Of a stretch of DNA of 64,000 bases, positions 26,207-39,277 are shown one piece after another. Source of the stretch: Pseudogymnoascus verrucosus. Lineage: Eukaryota. Made by a program: the position numbers and the translations under genes. Location: NCBI GenBank assembly GCA_001662655.1, contig KV460265.1, one strand, 5' to 3'. The first letter of the stretch is position 1, and every line of letters starts with the position of its first letter. The notes under the pieces were generated by a model that saw only the letters and a program-made list of their open reading frames with translations, was not told the origin of the DNA and ran no database searches.

Positions 26207-27611
26207 TCATGAGAAGACGATACCTTGGTAACATTTAGTTAGCAGCTTCCCACAACAAATTATTGAAGCTCAAAACTTACCTCCGTCAACAATCATGCTC
26301 TGCCCTGTGATCATCCTCGCTTTATCGCTGGCAAGGAAGCTCACCATATTCGCGATATCCTCCGGAGTCTGTAGTTCTGTTAACAAACCGAGTCGTTTGT
26401 GTAATTATCTGCTGTTAACAGGATTGCAACATACCTGGGCCTTCTTCATTGCAGATCGGGACTGAATAGACCTCTCAAAGGCCTCGCCTTTAGCAAGTCC
26501 GGTTCTTGCTGCCACGCTTGCATCAATAGCGTCCCACATCTGTAATAAGATTTAGTATACATACTGAACGGAGGCAGAACGGGACTTACATCAGTGCTGA
26601 CAGGTCCAGGGCAATAAGCTTAATAGTTTCTTAGTTGGCTTTCATTTAGACAGCGAGCGGGGTTGACTTGCCGTTGACCTGCAATGTTGTTAGATTCTTG
26701 TTTTTTTAAACCAAATTCTGGAGACGTACATTAATTCCATGCTCTGCAAGTTCCAAAGCAACCGCCTGCGTGAGTCCTCGAACTGCCCATTTACTCACAG
26801 AGTAAGGTAACGCATTTCCCGACGTCAGAAAAAGTTAGCATATGTCGACCAGAATGCAAGGTGGCACTCACAGGTCTAAAGGCAGCAATCGATGCAGCAC
26901 CAATAATTTTACCGCCCTTGCCTTGAGCAATCATCTGTCTCCCTAGAAATTATTAGATACCCATATTTATCGGAAACGCTCACACATACCTGCTTCACGG
27001 TAACATAAGAACATGCCTCTAACGTTTACCTTGGAGTAGGGTTAGTCATGTAATCTTACAAGGGGCTGGCGAGTGGTGAGTACCTGTTGTACTTTGTCCC
27101 ATTCAGCCACGGAGACCTCAAATAGGCGCTTTGTTACGATAATTCCAGCATTTGAAACCATGACCTAACATAAGTTAGTGTTGTTGGTGTAGCTATATAG
27201 AGATATCATACGTTCAACTCCCCAAGTTGTTCCACTGTTGTGTCAACCAATCTCTTCACATCCTCCTCAACGCTTACATCCGCAACAACAACAATCGCTC
27301 GTCTGCCTATCATAGACTGTTAGCTTCCACTGGGATGTTATAATCCATCATATTCAGTCAATAGAAAATAAATGGTAGCTTTGACATCACACCTTTCTTC
27401 TCGACTTCAGCCTTGACACTTTCCATATATGCCGATTGTTGCTCGATGTCATTGATCTATTTTATTTTTTGAGATTAACACAAACCTAACTCAACTGGCA
27501 GAGTCGTAGCATGGCAAAACTAACTGCAATATCCATTCCATCATCAGCCAACTGCAAAGCAATTGCCCTTCCAATACCCCTTGAAGAACCGGTAACAATA
27601 GCGACAGGCAT
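26207..27611 (-). CDS. SDR of the acetoin/diacetyl reductase (secondary alcohol dehydrogenase) type; 12 exons, absent from the ORF track
   Basis: Manual splicing gives [25 protein letters not shown]...VSNAGI...[14 protein letters not shown]...[13 protein letters not shown]...[18 protein letters not shown]...[15 protein letters not shown]. One splice acceptor is non-canonical. Confidence 0.85.
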
Positions 27612-28201
27612 GTTGGCGGGTTGTTATGTTGTATGTAATATTCGGGTTTGATTATGGTGAGTGAGAGCAGATGACGGTTTTGAGTTATAAGTTAGAATTG
27701 TGTTATGGATTTAACTTCGCTGATAAAGTTCTTATCAATTCTAGCGCGGGGTATAACAGGATGCCAGTGCGGGGTATAATGAGTAACAGGATGACAGTTC
27801 GTTTAATCGGTTGTCGAAGCCGAAGTCACAAGAACCGAAACCGATGACGAGTTTCGGTACGAGACAACGGTAATGGCAACGACAGCGGTCCCGGTAATGG
27901 CACGTGCTTTGGAATAACGACCTGTGCAGTGGCATATGGCATATGGCATATGGAATATGTGACATTTAGCCAGTATTGATTTCATAACTTAGATATCCCG
28001 TAGCCGAGTGCGGCATCCGGCACTGTAGTTCATTCCTTTATCGTGTTAGGCGCGGCTTACTTGTACTTGAACGTTTATCACAGGTCAAGAGTGTTATATT
28101 AAAACATCCTTTCGTCCCTGTGTAATTGTTGGTCAGTATAAGCCTCAGAAAAAGGCCAAGAGAATACCCCGCAGTCTCCAACTCGAACCTCAATATCTAA
28201 A

Positions 28202-30193
28202 ATGGGCTCTTTTGAGAGTAAACTTCCCGCAGTGGTTAACGCGAGCACCGCGACCACAAATGGCGACGATACATCGTATAAAGTTCTGGAGCAACCATAT
28301 GGGACAGCTCGACAGATAAGAATCGTGACCATCGGTGCCGGCGCCAGCGGCCTCAACTTGATCAAGACCCTACGCACGCACATGACCAACTACGATCACG
28401 TCGTCTACGAAAAGAACCCAGAGGTCGGAGGAACTTGGTATGAAAATCGTTACCCTGGATGCCAATGCGACCACCCATCCCACAATTACCAATTTTCATG
28501 GAGGCCAAATCCTAATTGGACCAAATTCTCTGCCGATTCTACTGAGATCCAAGAATACCTCTGTCGACTGTGCGACGAGGAGGGCATGCGACCAGAGATA
28601 AAATTGTCCCACGAAATTATTCGGGCTGAGTGGAACGAAGATCTTGGAGAGTGGCTTTTGAAGATTAAAAACACAATAACCGGAGAGGTGTTCAATGACC
28701 ACTGTAACTTCCTTCTTAATGCTTCGGGCATTTTAAAGTGAGTTTCAATAGTATTTTTGCTATCCTACCACTGGCTAATTATGGGACAGTAACTGGAAGT
28801 GGCCTGCGATTACAGGGCTTCATGACTTCAAGGGCGAATTGGTCCATAGTGCCTCTTGGCCCGAGAACTTCGATTACAATAACAAGAAGGTTGTAGTTAT
28901 TGGGAACGGCTCATCAGGAGTCCAAATCGTACCCAAGATTCAACCCCGTATGTATCCACATCATCATATCACAGTATAAATTCTAACATTGAAATAGATG
29001 TTAAAGAGCTTGTTCATGTTATTCGCTCGTCCACATGGATTGCACCACCACAAACCGAACGAATGCTGAAAGGAAATTCCGCCGAAATTATTCAATCCAT
29101 AAAGATGGATGGCGATAAATTCACTACAGAGCAGAAAGATAGATTCAAGGCCGATAATGATTATTACAGAGGTTTTATTAAGGCAGTTGAGGAACAGGTC
29201 AATGCCAGGTTCAAGGCTGTGAGTATACCCCATATGGACCGATTTTTTATTAGGTAATGTACTCTTACTAAATTTTTGCGACCATTAGCAAGTGGATGTC
29301 AAAACATTAGGGGAAGCCAGTAGAAAGATTATGGTAGCCCACATGACAAAGGCTTTAGGCGGAAACCAAGAACTTATGGATGCCATGATTCCTAAATTTC
29401 CAGTCGGTTGCCGCAGGTTGACACCTGGAGTGGGCTACCTAGAGTCGCTTGGAAAGGAGAATATTCGGGTTGTCACACAAGGAATCGCCAAAATTACAGA
29501 GAAAGGTCTTGAGTTAACGTCCGGCGAGGTGGTCGAGGTTGATGCTATTATATGCGCAACTGGCTTCGACGTCTCTTTCTGCCCGAGATTCCCTATTATT
29601 GGCAGGAAAGGCAACCTGCAAGACACATGGAGGAACGGAATACCATCAGCATACATGTCGTGTGCGGTCCCTAATGTGCCCAACTACTTTGGTAAGTCGT
29701 CCCGCCGGTATCTTCAGTGTTCTTCTATACTGCGCCCTAAAAGAGCTTTTATTAATCTTATTACTTTGCAGTATTCCTGGGACCGAGCGCCCCAATTGGC
29801 CATGGCAGTGTCCTCACTATTTCCGAACATGTGGCCAAATATATTGTCAGCATGCTGAAAAAATGCCAGACAGAGGGCATCAAAGCCGTTCAGCCAAAGG
29901 AAGATGCTGTTCGCGACTTCACCGAGCACATCCAAGCCTTCATGCCACGGACTTCCTGGTCCGGCAACTGTCGGTCGTGGTACAAGAATGGCACAGCCGA
30001 TGGGCCCATCATTGCGCTGCATCCTGGGAGCCGCATTCACTGGTTCCACATGCTTGAGAACTTCCGAGGCGAGGACTACGAGTACACGTTGGACTCGAAC
30101 AACAGATTCCGTTTCTTAGGAAACGGGTTCTCTGTCAAAGAGGCGGAGGAGAATCCTACTTGGTACTTAGATACGCCGAATAAGTTGTTTTAG
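28202..30193 (+). CDS. Type I Baeyer-Villiger (FAD/NADPH) monooxygenase, 5 exons
   Basis: IGAGASG; GGTWYENRYPGCQCD; fingerprint FKGELVHSASWP (FxGxxxHxxxWP) in exon 2; second Rossmann IGNGSSG; GCRRLTPG; CATGFD; CRSWYK. Confidence 0.93.
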
Positions 30194-30564
30194 ATAGGAT
30201 GCATGAAAGGGCGTTTGATTAGACATGTATTTTTTTTTTATCTCAAAGGAGATTGTTCCGCGAGGACATACTCGACCAAATGTACATATGTTTTAGAATT
30301 GGCCGAGTATGACTATAAGTTGCCAGAATATAAAATCAACTATGAATACTATTTCGCAATTTATGAAATTAAATTATAGCACAATAAACAGTATGGCTAA
30401 TATATATTGGCTAGTATACAGATGTAACGTAAAATCGTAGGTTTTAACGCCGTCAACCCATCGGCCGCCTGATCAAGACCGTTTAATCACTATTCCCCTC
30501 ACCCCCGCTAACAGAAACACTATACAATAACACAATATCATCCTTTTAGCGATATTCTTTCACG

Positions 30565-32647
30565 TTATTCCATACCAATTATAGGCATATCAGTCATATC
30601 AAAGGGCATCTGAAAAGAATCCCACTGCATATCACTGAAGTCCAAATTAAACATCCAATCCGAAATCTCAACTAGGTGTTCGGCCGGCAATGCTTGGTCC
30701 TGATTGTTCCCATCTTGTATGGTAGAAAGTAAATCCATACTTGCGCATAGCGTGTTCGGAAACGGGAATAATGCTTCCACGCTATCTAACAAAAAGCCTT
30801 CAAAGTCTGGGCTTTCTTGAACATCTCCGTGGTCCATATTTGTGGGCGTATGCAACGACGGCGCTGTTGCATTGTTTTCAGCCTCATGATTCTTGGCCCT
30901 TTCTACCCGATTGACACTGCTGAGTATTAATTCGGAACTTGGCGTCCTCAGAGTCATTTGTTCCAGCACCGACTTGATGATAGCAAGATTCTCCGTGAAT
31001 AAGCTCTGCTTCTCTGGCAATAACTTGATGGAGATAATCAGGGGTATGCTTGCTACCATGCAGAACCAGTTATTTATTGGCGCCAAGTAGATAACTTCGT
31101 CTCTGTAGTAGATTTCTTCAAACAGTGAGGCTATGCATGAGGCTGCCACAATTGGTGTCTTCAGAGATGCCCACGATCGGTTTGGTTTTTCGCAGAAACG
31201 GTTGATAAGAATGACACAAACGAAGTAGATAATATGTAACTCCAGCGCGGAACGTCGGTAAGGTCGACGAACCGATCCGTTGTAGAGACGTAAGTCTTCG
31301 GGCAGACCATTTATCCATTCTTTCAAAGACCCAACAATGCTCATTGCCTCTTCCAGGGTTGGCGGACATTCTAATCGGTATTGATACTGAGCAGCCGTTA
31401 TTTTTCCAAGAATGACCATAAGTTTAGTCTTATAGATAAACACTTCGTTGTCTGGATGATTAGTAGGAAAATCCTCCATAGTAGGCATCCGCGTATCAAA
31501 TTGATGGAAGCTGATAGCTGGGGGCCTGCCGTAACCCGCTGACTGAAGCTTGTCGCTATTCTAGAATAATCAGTCTGATAATATACACGAAGAAAGTACA
31601 GAGGGAGACTCACAAACAAGTGCCACCATAATCGGCGACAAATCCCAGCCCTCTTATTGTTAGTGTAGGTAGATTCCCGATGTAGACCCATGTTCAGAGC
31701 ATAACGTATTGAAACCCCGATCCAGTGCCATGTTCCATCAAGGCTTATCTGTGTTGGAACCTGTGAACTCCGGGTGGCAAGAAGACACATTGATTTCAAG
31801 ATTATGGTACTGTCTTTTTCGTGGTTAATACACAGTAACAGCTTTACATTATTGTAAAAATTGTCTGGGTGAGGTATACGGCGACTGGAGCTGTTCGAGT
31901 GACGTAAGGCGCTGCCAGCGAGACACAAACTCTGAACTAGGAGAGGTGAAAGTGGTTGAACGTCAAGGTCGGAACGGTCGAGAACTGGTATGTGTGGATA
32001 AATGTGTTTAAAGTAGGTATCGGCGAGAGCGATAATCAAGGAAGAAGATGGAATAATCGCGGCGCCAGAGACTTGGAGAATTCCTTCGCTAATATCGGTA
32101 GGAAACGTTGGTGGAGGTATGGAACTGGACCATTGTGGTAGCCCAGAAGGAGAGAACATGCACTGTTCGCCAAGATATCCCATGAGGTTGTTTGACTTTG
32201 CTGCAGGGGCGGCGGCAGCAACAGTGGGTGGTCGGTTTGTGTCTTCAAGTCCCTCCCTTTGCGGGATTGGGGACATTGTATCGCTATCATTTTCGGTCTC
32301 ATCTTCATTTAAATTGGCAGTGGAGTTGGGGCTTGCGATGAATGGCGGCGTATTCACATGCGCCGTGCGTTTGCGCCTATTGTTCCGGACCCTTTGGTGT
32401 TGATGTTAGTACATTCGCTCCCAATAGAGCACAGGCGGGGTAAACTGACTGGCATGTCTTATTCTTCCTTTTGCAGTTGTTGCATGGCCCATGGGGAAGT
32501 TGTTGAAGGTCACACTTTACCTAGATTCGAAGGTTAGAATTTTAATGAAGAGCCTCGTGGTTAACTGTGCATGCTAACCTTGCGCGAATGACATTGGATG
32601 CAAACCACGCCGGCCCGGCGCCGTTGCGGTGCTGTGAAAGGTAACAT
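30565..32647 (-). CDS. Zn(II)2Cys6 transcription factor with fungal-specific middle homology domain
   Basis: Spliced N-terminus CIQCHSRK|VKCDLQQLPHGPCNNCKRKNKTC; YFKHIYPHIPVL; A..MGLHRE; RRLWWHLF. Confidence 0.9.
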
Positions 32648-33645
32648 ATTCCCTAGGGCCAGGATATCTCGATAGGGTGCAGATTGCGGAATTGCATATT
32701 ATGGAGATGAGGATATGCAGGACAGAAGTAGGTCCATAACGGCCTCGAGGTTGGGGTCGTTTAGGGTCGACGTTGAGGTATACGATGACGATCCTATGTG
32801 TGCGGGGGTACGGAGGATTGCGGAGGTCGCGAAGATGCGGGGATGCGGGGGATGGGATGCGGGGATTCAGCAGAAGAGCATTGGCAGAAATTAATTAAAC
32901 GTAAAAGCAAAGCCAACCTCGGAAAGTGGCAAAGTAGGGCCAAAGAAGAAGTGGTCGGCCGCAGTAGTGGCCAGGCATGCCATGGTAGAGGACAGACAAA
33001 AGTTTCTCATGGATTTCTCATGCACCCTGTTGTATTGTGGCAGGAGACCCTTGTGTCGTGTGGTAGATGCTCAGCTGTCGTAGGTTGAACCACAGAAAAC
33101 CACAAATACTCCTCGCACGCCCACTCCCATTCCTATCACAAGATAGACTCATCACAACGAGAATCCGAAGCCCAACCATACAGCTGCCGTAGCCTTTCAC
33201 GCCACTTCCCCGCAATGCCAGCCACAGTGGATATTTTTGTTTGGTTTTCTATCACGGCATTTGGGAACGGCTATAACCATGGTTGTTGGTCCAAGCGTAC
33301 CGAAGTTTGCAATCCGCAATAACCGAAAACACCATGCGCATTCTTTCCCATGCCGACCAAATAACCGCCGAGAGCGGAGAGGACGAAAGCACCTAGGCTT
33401 CACCACATCGTCGTAAGGCTAAACTTCGGCGATTTTACAATGTCGTCGAGTTGCGGAGTACGGAGTAGTTACCTAACTGTGTAACTTAGGTAAGTTACAC
33501 AAAGTAAGGGGGGTCGGTAATCTAGAGGGGCAGAGTGAGGGGTCGAAGTTTGCCGTGTTTGCCATACTCCCCATATAACGCATGCCCCTGCCATTGTTGT
33601 AGACATAGACGTAAACTACAATCTAATCTAAAGAGAAATACTACC

Positions 33646-34876
33646 ATGGCTCCATTATTCAAAATTCCTCCTGGCGAGAGCAATGCGAGAGTTCGAATTA
33701 TCGACAGCACGGCGCGCATTGGTGGCATACCCACCACATTCTTCTTTACGCCTGACAGTGCCGTCGAAGGCTTTACCCACATGCCCACGATACCATGCTG
33801 GGTTTTCTTAATTGAGCATTCCTCAGGGAAGAAGGTACTGTTCGATCTGGGAGTTCGTAAGGACTGGAGAAACCTCTCGGTGGGGCTAAGGATTGGTGGA
33901 TATGGCTGGGATATCCAAGTCGACAGGGATGTCTTAGAGATTCTTGCCGACGAGGGTATCGCTGCCAAGGATATTAATAGTATTATTTGGAGGTATGTGA
34001 ATAATATATTTTATTCCATCCTCTTGCTACGGCTCCTGTGCGTGTAACGAAAGCCGAGAGCTAACCAGACTATTCTAGTCATATGCATTGGGATCACGTT
34101 GGGGATCCATCTTTATTCCCATCATCGACGGAACTGGTCGTTGGACCAGGCTTCAAGAAAGCCTTTGTTCCTGGCGCCCCTGCCAACCCGGCCTCTCCAA
34201 TTCTTGAGACCGATTACAAGTGAGTAGAGATTGCTCTATTAAAAATTTCCTAGGGGATTTACTCATTCCCATGCCACCTTTCAGAGACCGTGAACTTCGG
34301 GAAATCGATTTCGATCAGGATATAGGCTTGAAGGCCGGCCAACTAAAGGCTTTTGACTTTTTCGGAGACGGCTCCTTCTACCTTCTGGACACACCAGGCC
34401 ATACTATCGGCCACTTGGCAGGCCTCCTCCGCACCACCACAAACCCAGACACTTTCATAATGATGGGTGGTGATTTGTGTCACCATGGCGGGGAGCTTCG
34501 CCCATCTCCACACCGCCCTCTACCCGCTGAAATCAACCCTCATCCATGGGCAAATATGCGGCCCAGATTATGTCCAGGTGGGGTTTTGGAGGATCTACAA
34601 GAGAAGCGAGGCCGAAACAAGGACCAGGCCTTCTTTGATGTCGCCATGGGGATGGATATCCCCGAGGCTCAACGAACTATCCATAAGACACAGGAAGCTG
34701 ACGCCAGTGATGATATCTTCTTTATCTTTGCTCACGAGGATAATGTGATGGGTGTTATTGATATCTTTCCTAAGGAGGCTAATGATTGGAAGGAAAAGGG
34801 CTGGGGGGATCAGACGCGATGGGGGTTTCTTAAAGATTTTGACCCTGCTGTAGGAAACGACTCACGTCTTAAGTGA
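33646..34876 (+). CDS. Metallo-beta-lactamase-fold hydrolase (AHL-lactonase/lactamase-like), 3 exons
   Basis: LFDLG, SHMHWDHVGD (HxHxDH) in exon 2, DFFGDGSFYLLDTPGHTIGH, GGDLCHH, FAHE. Confidence 0.92.
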
Positions 34877-35399
34877 GAATACTACAAGATTCTTTATGTA
34901 TGGCAATCAAGATGAGCCTGAGAATTTATATTTACTGATATTATTCATGTATTGTAACCTTTGATTTTACTCGTTTACTGATATACTCCATGATATGTTT
35001 GAGGAGACGCAAGAGTGGTCAAGCTGGGGGTCGGAGTAGCAGTGTTCGTTCCGACTGGGACGTATATATATTCCGGCCGAATCCTATGTTGGTTGGTTGT
35101 CTCGGCTGGAACATATATGTCTTTTATGTTGCCAAATATTGACATTGTTAGCGTCACAGTGGGATTAAGTAAGGTATAAAGTTTATAGGTGGGATACTAT
35201 CGTATTGCAACTAGATGAATCCAGCCCATCTATGTAGCTACCTAATTTGCTAGTAATATATATCCCTTTTCATCTTCCTCATCCCTATTTCCGCATCATC
35301 TCCGCGCATCCACGGTTTATGAGCGTGGTAGGAAAATCCGAAAGGTACAGTCTGCCTGCGCAGCTCGGCCCCCCCCAACAACAGTTTGGTTCGTCTTGT

Positions 35400-36875
35400 T
35401 CACAGAGTATATCGAAATCCCTCTAGTCCCTCAAGAATTATTCCGTACTTATCGGCCTTTCGGTTTTGATTGCGGTAATAGAGCGCCATCGATGCAGCGC
35501 CAATCGCGCACATGGAGAACGAGGTGAGTGAGGCATACAGCCCAGGCATATAGTATGGAGCATCCTGATTTCTGAACCACAGCGAAGGAGCAACCCCACC
35601 AAGGCCACCAAACATGAGTTGAAGTGGGATTCCAGCTTGGCGCTTCGCGGATCCAACGATGTTGTTGACCATAAACGCCAGCACAGCTGGAGTAGCACAA
35701 GTCGTACCCGTAATAGCGAAAAACACTCCTGTAAGCTTCATACCGGTATTGTGGCCCCAACCAATTAGTACAATGCCAAGTATTGCTAGCATCATAAACC
35801 CAACGAGAAATGGACTACGCTTGCGATATCTGTCGGCTAAGATCGAGCTTCCAATGGCACAGAGAGCTGCACAGACATACGGCGGGGTGACAAGTATTTG
35901 ACTCAATGCTACGTCGTAACCAAAACCCCTGAGGATTGATGGAGTAAAGAACGACATGGCATACGCTCCAGAAGTGATGAAGAAATGTAGTAGCGATAAA
36001 ACCCATAGTTTCCAATCAGAATAGACTTCGATGAGGACCTTGCGCGTGATTTTGTCTTCCATCTTCTCCCCTCTATCCTCCTCGAGCCGAGACTGAATTC
36101 GCGCCAGCTCATTGGGTCTAAGCCATGTTGCCTTCTCGGGAAAGTCGGAGACGAACAGGTAAATCGGAACGGCCATGCAGATAGTGAGAATTCCTGGGAT
36201 GATAAAAATCCAGCGCCATCCACGCAGACCACCGACACCCTCCATGCTGCTTAAACCGTAGGATATAATGCCACTGAAACCGGATATGAAGGATCCGGAA
36301 ATGTACCAGATAGCTATGCGTTGCTGTACCTCGTATCGCTTGTACCAAGACGATATTAGATAGACGCAAGCAGGCTAGAGACCGTCAGATATTTGATCTC
36401 ATGTCGGTTCTAATATGAGACTTACATTGAACCCGCCTTCAAAGATGCCAAGTAAAACTCTTAGAGCAATTAATTGGCTGAATGTATTCACAAATCCAAA
36501 GCACATGGCCACAGTACCCCAGCAGATAATCATGCCCGTTAACATTCTTTTGGGTCCGAATTTGCGAATGAGCGTGTTGGCAGGAAGTTCGATTAGAATA
36601 TAGGTCGGGAAGAAAGATAGGAGTGCAACTGAATAGTGGTTGCCAACAAGCTTTAGGTCGTCCACTAAGCCTGTTATCTTTGCGGTAGAAATGCTGTTTC
36701 TGTCAAATAGAGATAGAGCATAAAGAAGACACAGCCATGGTAGGACATGTAGGTCGAGGCGACGCAGGAGCTTCTTGTCCGCTTTTGGATCGAGATCCGT
36801 AGGAGTGATGGCATCTTCTATGTTCTGAATATCATCCGAGGAACCTCCGTCGTCCTTGATACCTTTGACAGCCAT
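35400..36875 (-). CDS. MFS permease, DAL5/allantoate family (second copy); one intron at about 36375-36427
   Basis: LLRRLDLHVLP, DRNSISTA, SSWYKRYEVQQR, GWRWIFI and a C-terminal GFRYTL. Confidence 0.92.
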
Positions 36876-37709
36876 ATTTATGTTAGGGCAAAGGTGCGAT
36901 GAAGATTCCAGGTGATTATCCGCAGTTGTGACGCTAATATGAGAATGTCGTAGAAATGGCCCATCGTCTTATATACACATATATTTAGTTACCCCTGAGT
37001 GGAGATCATCGGTATTCGGCAACGTGGTTGGAGGGAGTCTGTATCTGTATAAAAGACGCCGGCTTGGCGGGGGGATATACGTATAACCACCGTGGCGGCT
37101 AGCTGTCAAATTCCTGACTACCGAAAGTGCGTAGTTTGATAGTTTGATTTGCTAATTCCTTGAACTAATATTACCAGTGCCTGTCTGCAAGTTGTCGGGA
37201 GGAAAGGTAAAAGCTCCAGATGTCCGTGAGATAGCGGGGAAACCCTGTTACCCCGCACGGGGAAATAGTGGGTTGCACTTAATCCCAACTGCAATATTAT
37301 TCTACCGAACAATGTACTCAGACTAATGGGTGCAGGCAGTCCTGTTTGTATAGCACGAATACTTGGTATAGACCAGTAACCGGGAAGAATCAAACAACCA
37401 GCCCGTGGGGAGAAAAACTAGCGGCTCCCACTTATGCATATCGCCAAAAGCAGTCTTGCCGTGCGAGTTGTAGCATTGGTAGTGGTAATCCACTAGGCAC
37501 CTTCCGAGGCGAAGTTTTGTGGGGAGAAATATAAGTCGCCATATACATTATCCTAAGACGGCAGTGGAACATTAACATAACCGACGCGGAGTAAAGGAAA
37601 GGCAGTACTAGAATGATTTAACACGCAGCTATATTTCCCATGTGGATTCTAATTATAAACTCGGCCTAGAATTTAGTGCATTTTTTTAGTATCATTTGCT
37701 TGCAATTTT

Positions 37710-38819
37710 CTATAACTTCACCAGAAGCTTGCCAGTAGTGTTCCTTCCTTCCAGCTCCTCATGAGCCCTTGGTACATTGGATAATGAATATACATCATGT
37801 ATTTTCACTTTTATCTTGCCATTCTTGATGTGATCAAGTGCACTAGTGGCGTAAAATTCAAACTCTGGTCTTGTTGCAATCATATTCTTCAGTGATGATC
37901 GCATTACAGAAACGTTTTTTTCTCCGAGCCTCTGCATCAAAGTGTCTGGAATAGGTCCACCTGAAAGATTAGCTTGACACATAGAAGCATAGGAGCATTA
38001 AACATACTTGCGACGCCAGTGAACACTACTTTACCGTTGCGCTTCGCGACGTCCATGCTACCTTCCCATGTGTCCTTTCCAACACTGTCATAGACCTAAA
38101 GGCATCAGGTTAGCAAAGAATAAACAGGAAATACACTGCAAAGAAGCTAGCATTACCACGTCAACTCCTTCCCCATTTGTGATCTCTTTCACCTGCTCAA
38201 CCCAGCCCGCGCCCGACGAGGCTCTGTAGTCAATTACATGCGTTGCTCCGTGTTCTTTGGCAAGTGCGCACTTCTCTGGACTTCCAGCAGTCCCAATAAC
38301 GATAGCTCCTATGTCCTTGAGAATTTGACACATCAATAACCCAACACCTCCTGCTGCAGCGTGGACCAACACAGTCTGGCCCTTTTGAACAGCATAAGCC
38401 TTTTTTACCAAGGATAAAGCAGTCATACCCATCAGAAGAACCGAAGCAGCGTCTCTGTCTGAAACTTCAGATGGGATTTTCACGCATGCGCCATGGTTCA
38501 CCGCGGTGTACTCGGCGTATCCACCTCGTCCCATCCAGGCGACTCTGTCACCAATTTTAAACCCCAGCAGATTTGGTTCCCGTATTGCCACAATCGTCCC
38601 AGCCGCTTCATTTCCAATAATATCTGGGAGAGATTTGGAAGGGTACACGCCGGTGCGGTAGTAGATGTCGACAAAGTTAATTCCGGCAAACGTGTTTTTA
38701 ACCAGAACCTCCCCCTCATTCAATTCCGGGAGCGGCTGAGTCTCTGAGTATTTGAGCATCTCATGCCCCCCCAGCCCAGAGAGTACTACCGATTTCATCG
38801 TAGACGGTAGTGGGGACAT
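37710..38819 (-). CDS. NADPH:quinone oxidoreductase (zeta-crystallin/MDR family), spliced
   Basis: AGINFVDIYYRTGVY, GGYAEY, VHAAAGGVG, YDSVGKDT and C-terminal GRNTTGKLL; no Zn ligands. Confidence 0.9.
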
Positions 38820-39277
38820 ACTAAATGAGGTAAAAAATGTTAAGAGCGTCAAATACTTCGAGTAATATGAACAAAGACTTAGATTGAATATGATGTGGTC
38901 CTCTTGATATATCCTCTATATTCCCCATGTTTAGTGTAGACTATTGCGCTGATAAATCAAAGCATTCTGAGAGAGAACTCGGCATCGGCACTCGGACAAG
39001 ATAACGATAATCTCGAGTACATGACTCCACATAATCTCGGCAGATATCTCCACAAAGGCCGACCACTGTAGGGCCATTGCTCCGTTTCGGAGTTATGAGG
39101 TGTATAAAGCCTGTGCACTTGTCCATAGAAGTCTGGGGTAATTGTCGTTCAATCGCGGAAAAATATCTTGCCACATAACCCATACCCATAACCATAACCT
39201 CTCGTCGCTGTCATTGTCGCTCGGCATTATTCGGCTGATCGCTTCCAATTATATATTCCAACATCCAGCAAGACATT

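Noticed and set aside
2776..30193. FAS alpha/beta plus a BVMO as an aflatoxin/sterigmatocystin-like secondary-metabolite cluster
   Set aside because: The FAS pair looks like the highly expressed primary-metabolism enzyme next to arg-2, there is no PKS or NRPS in the window, and a transposon separates it from the BVMO cluster.
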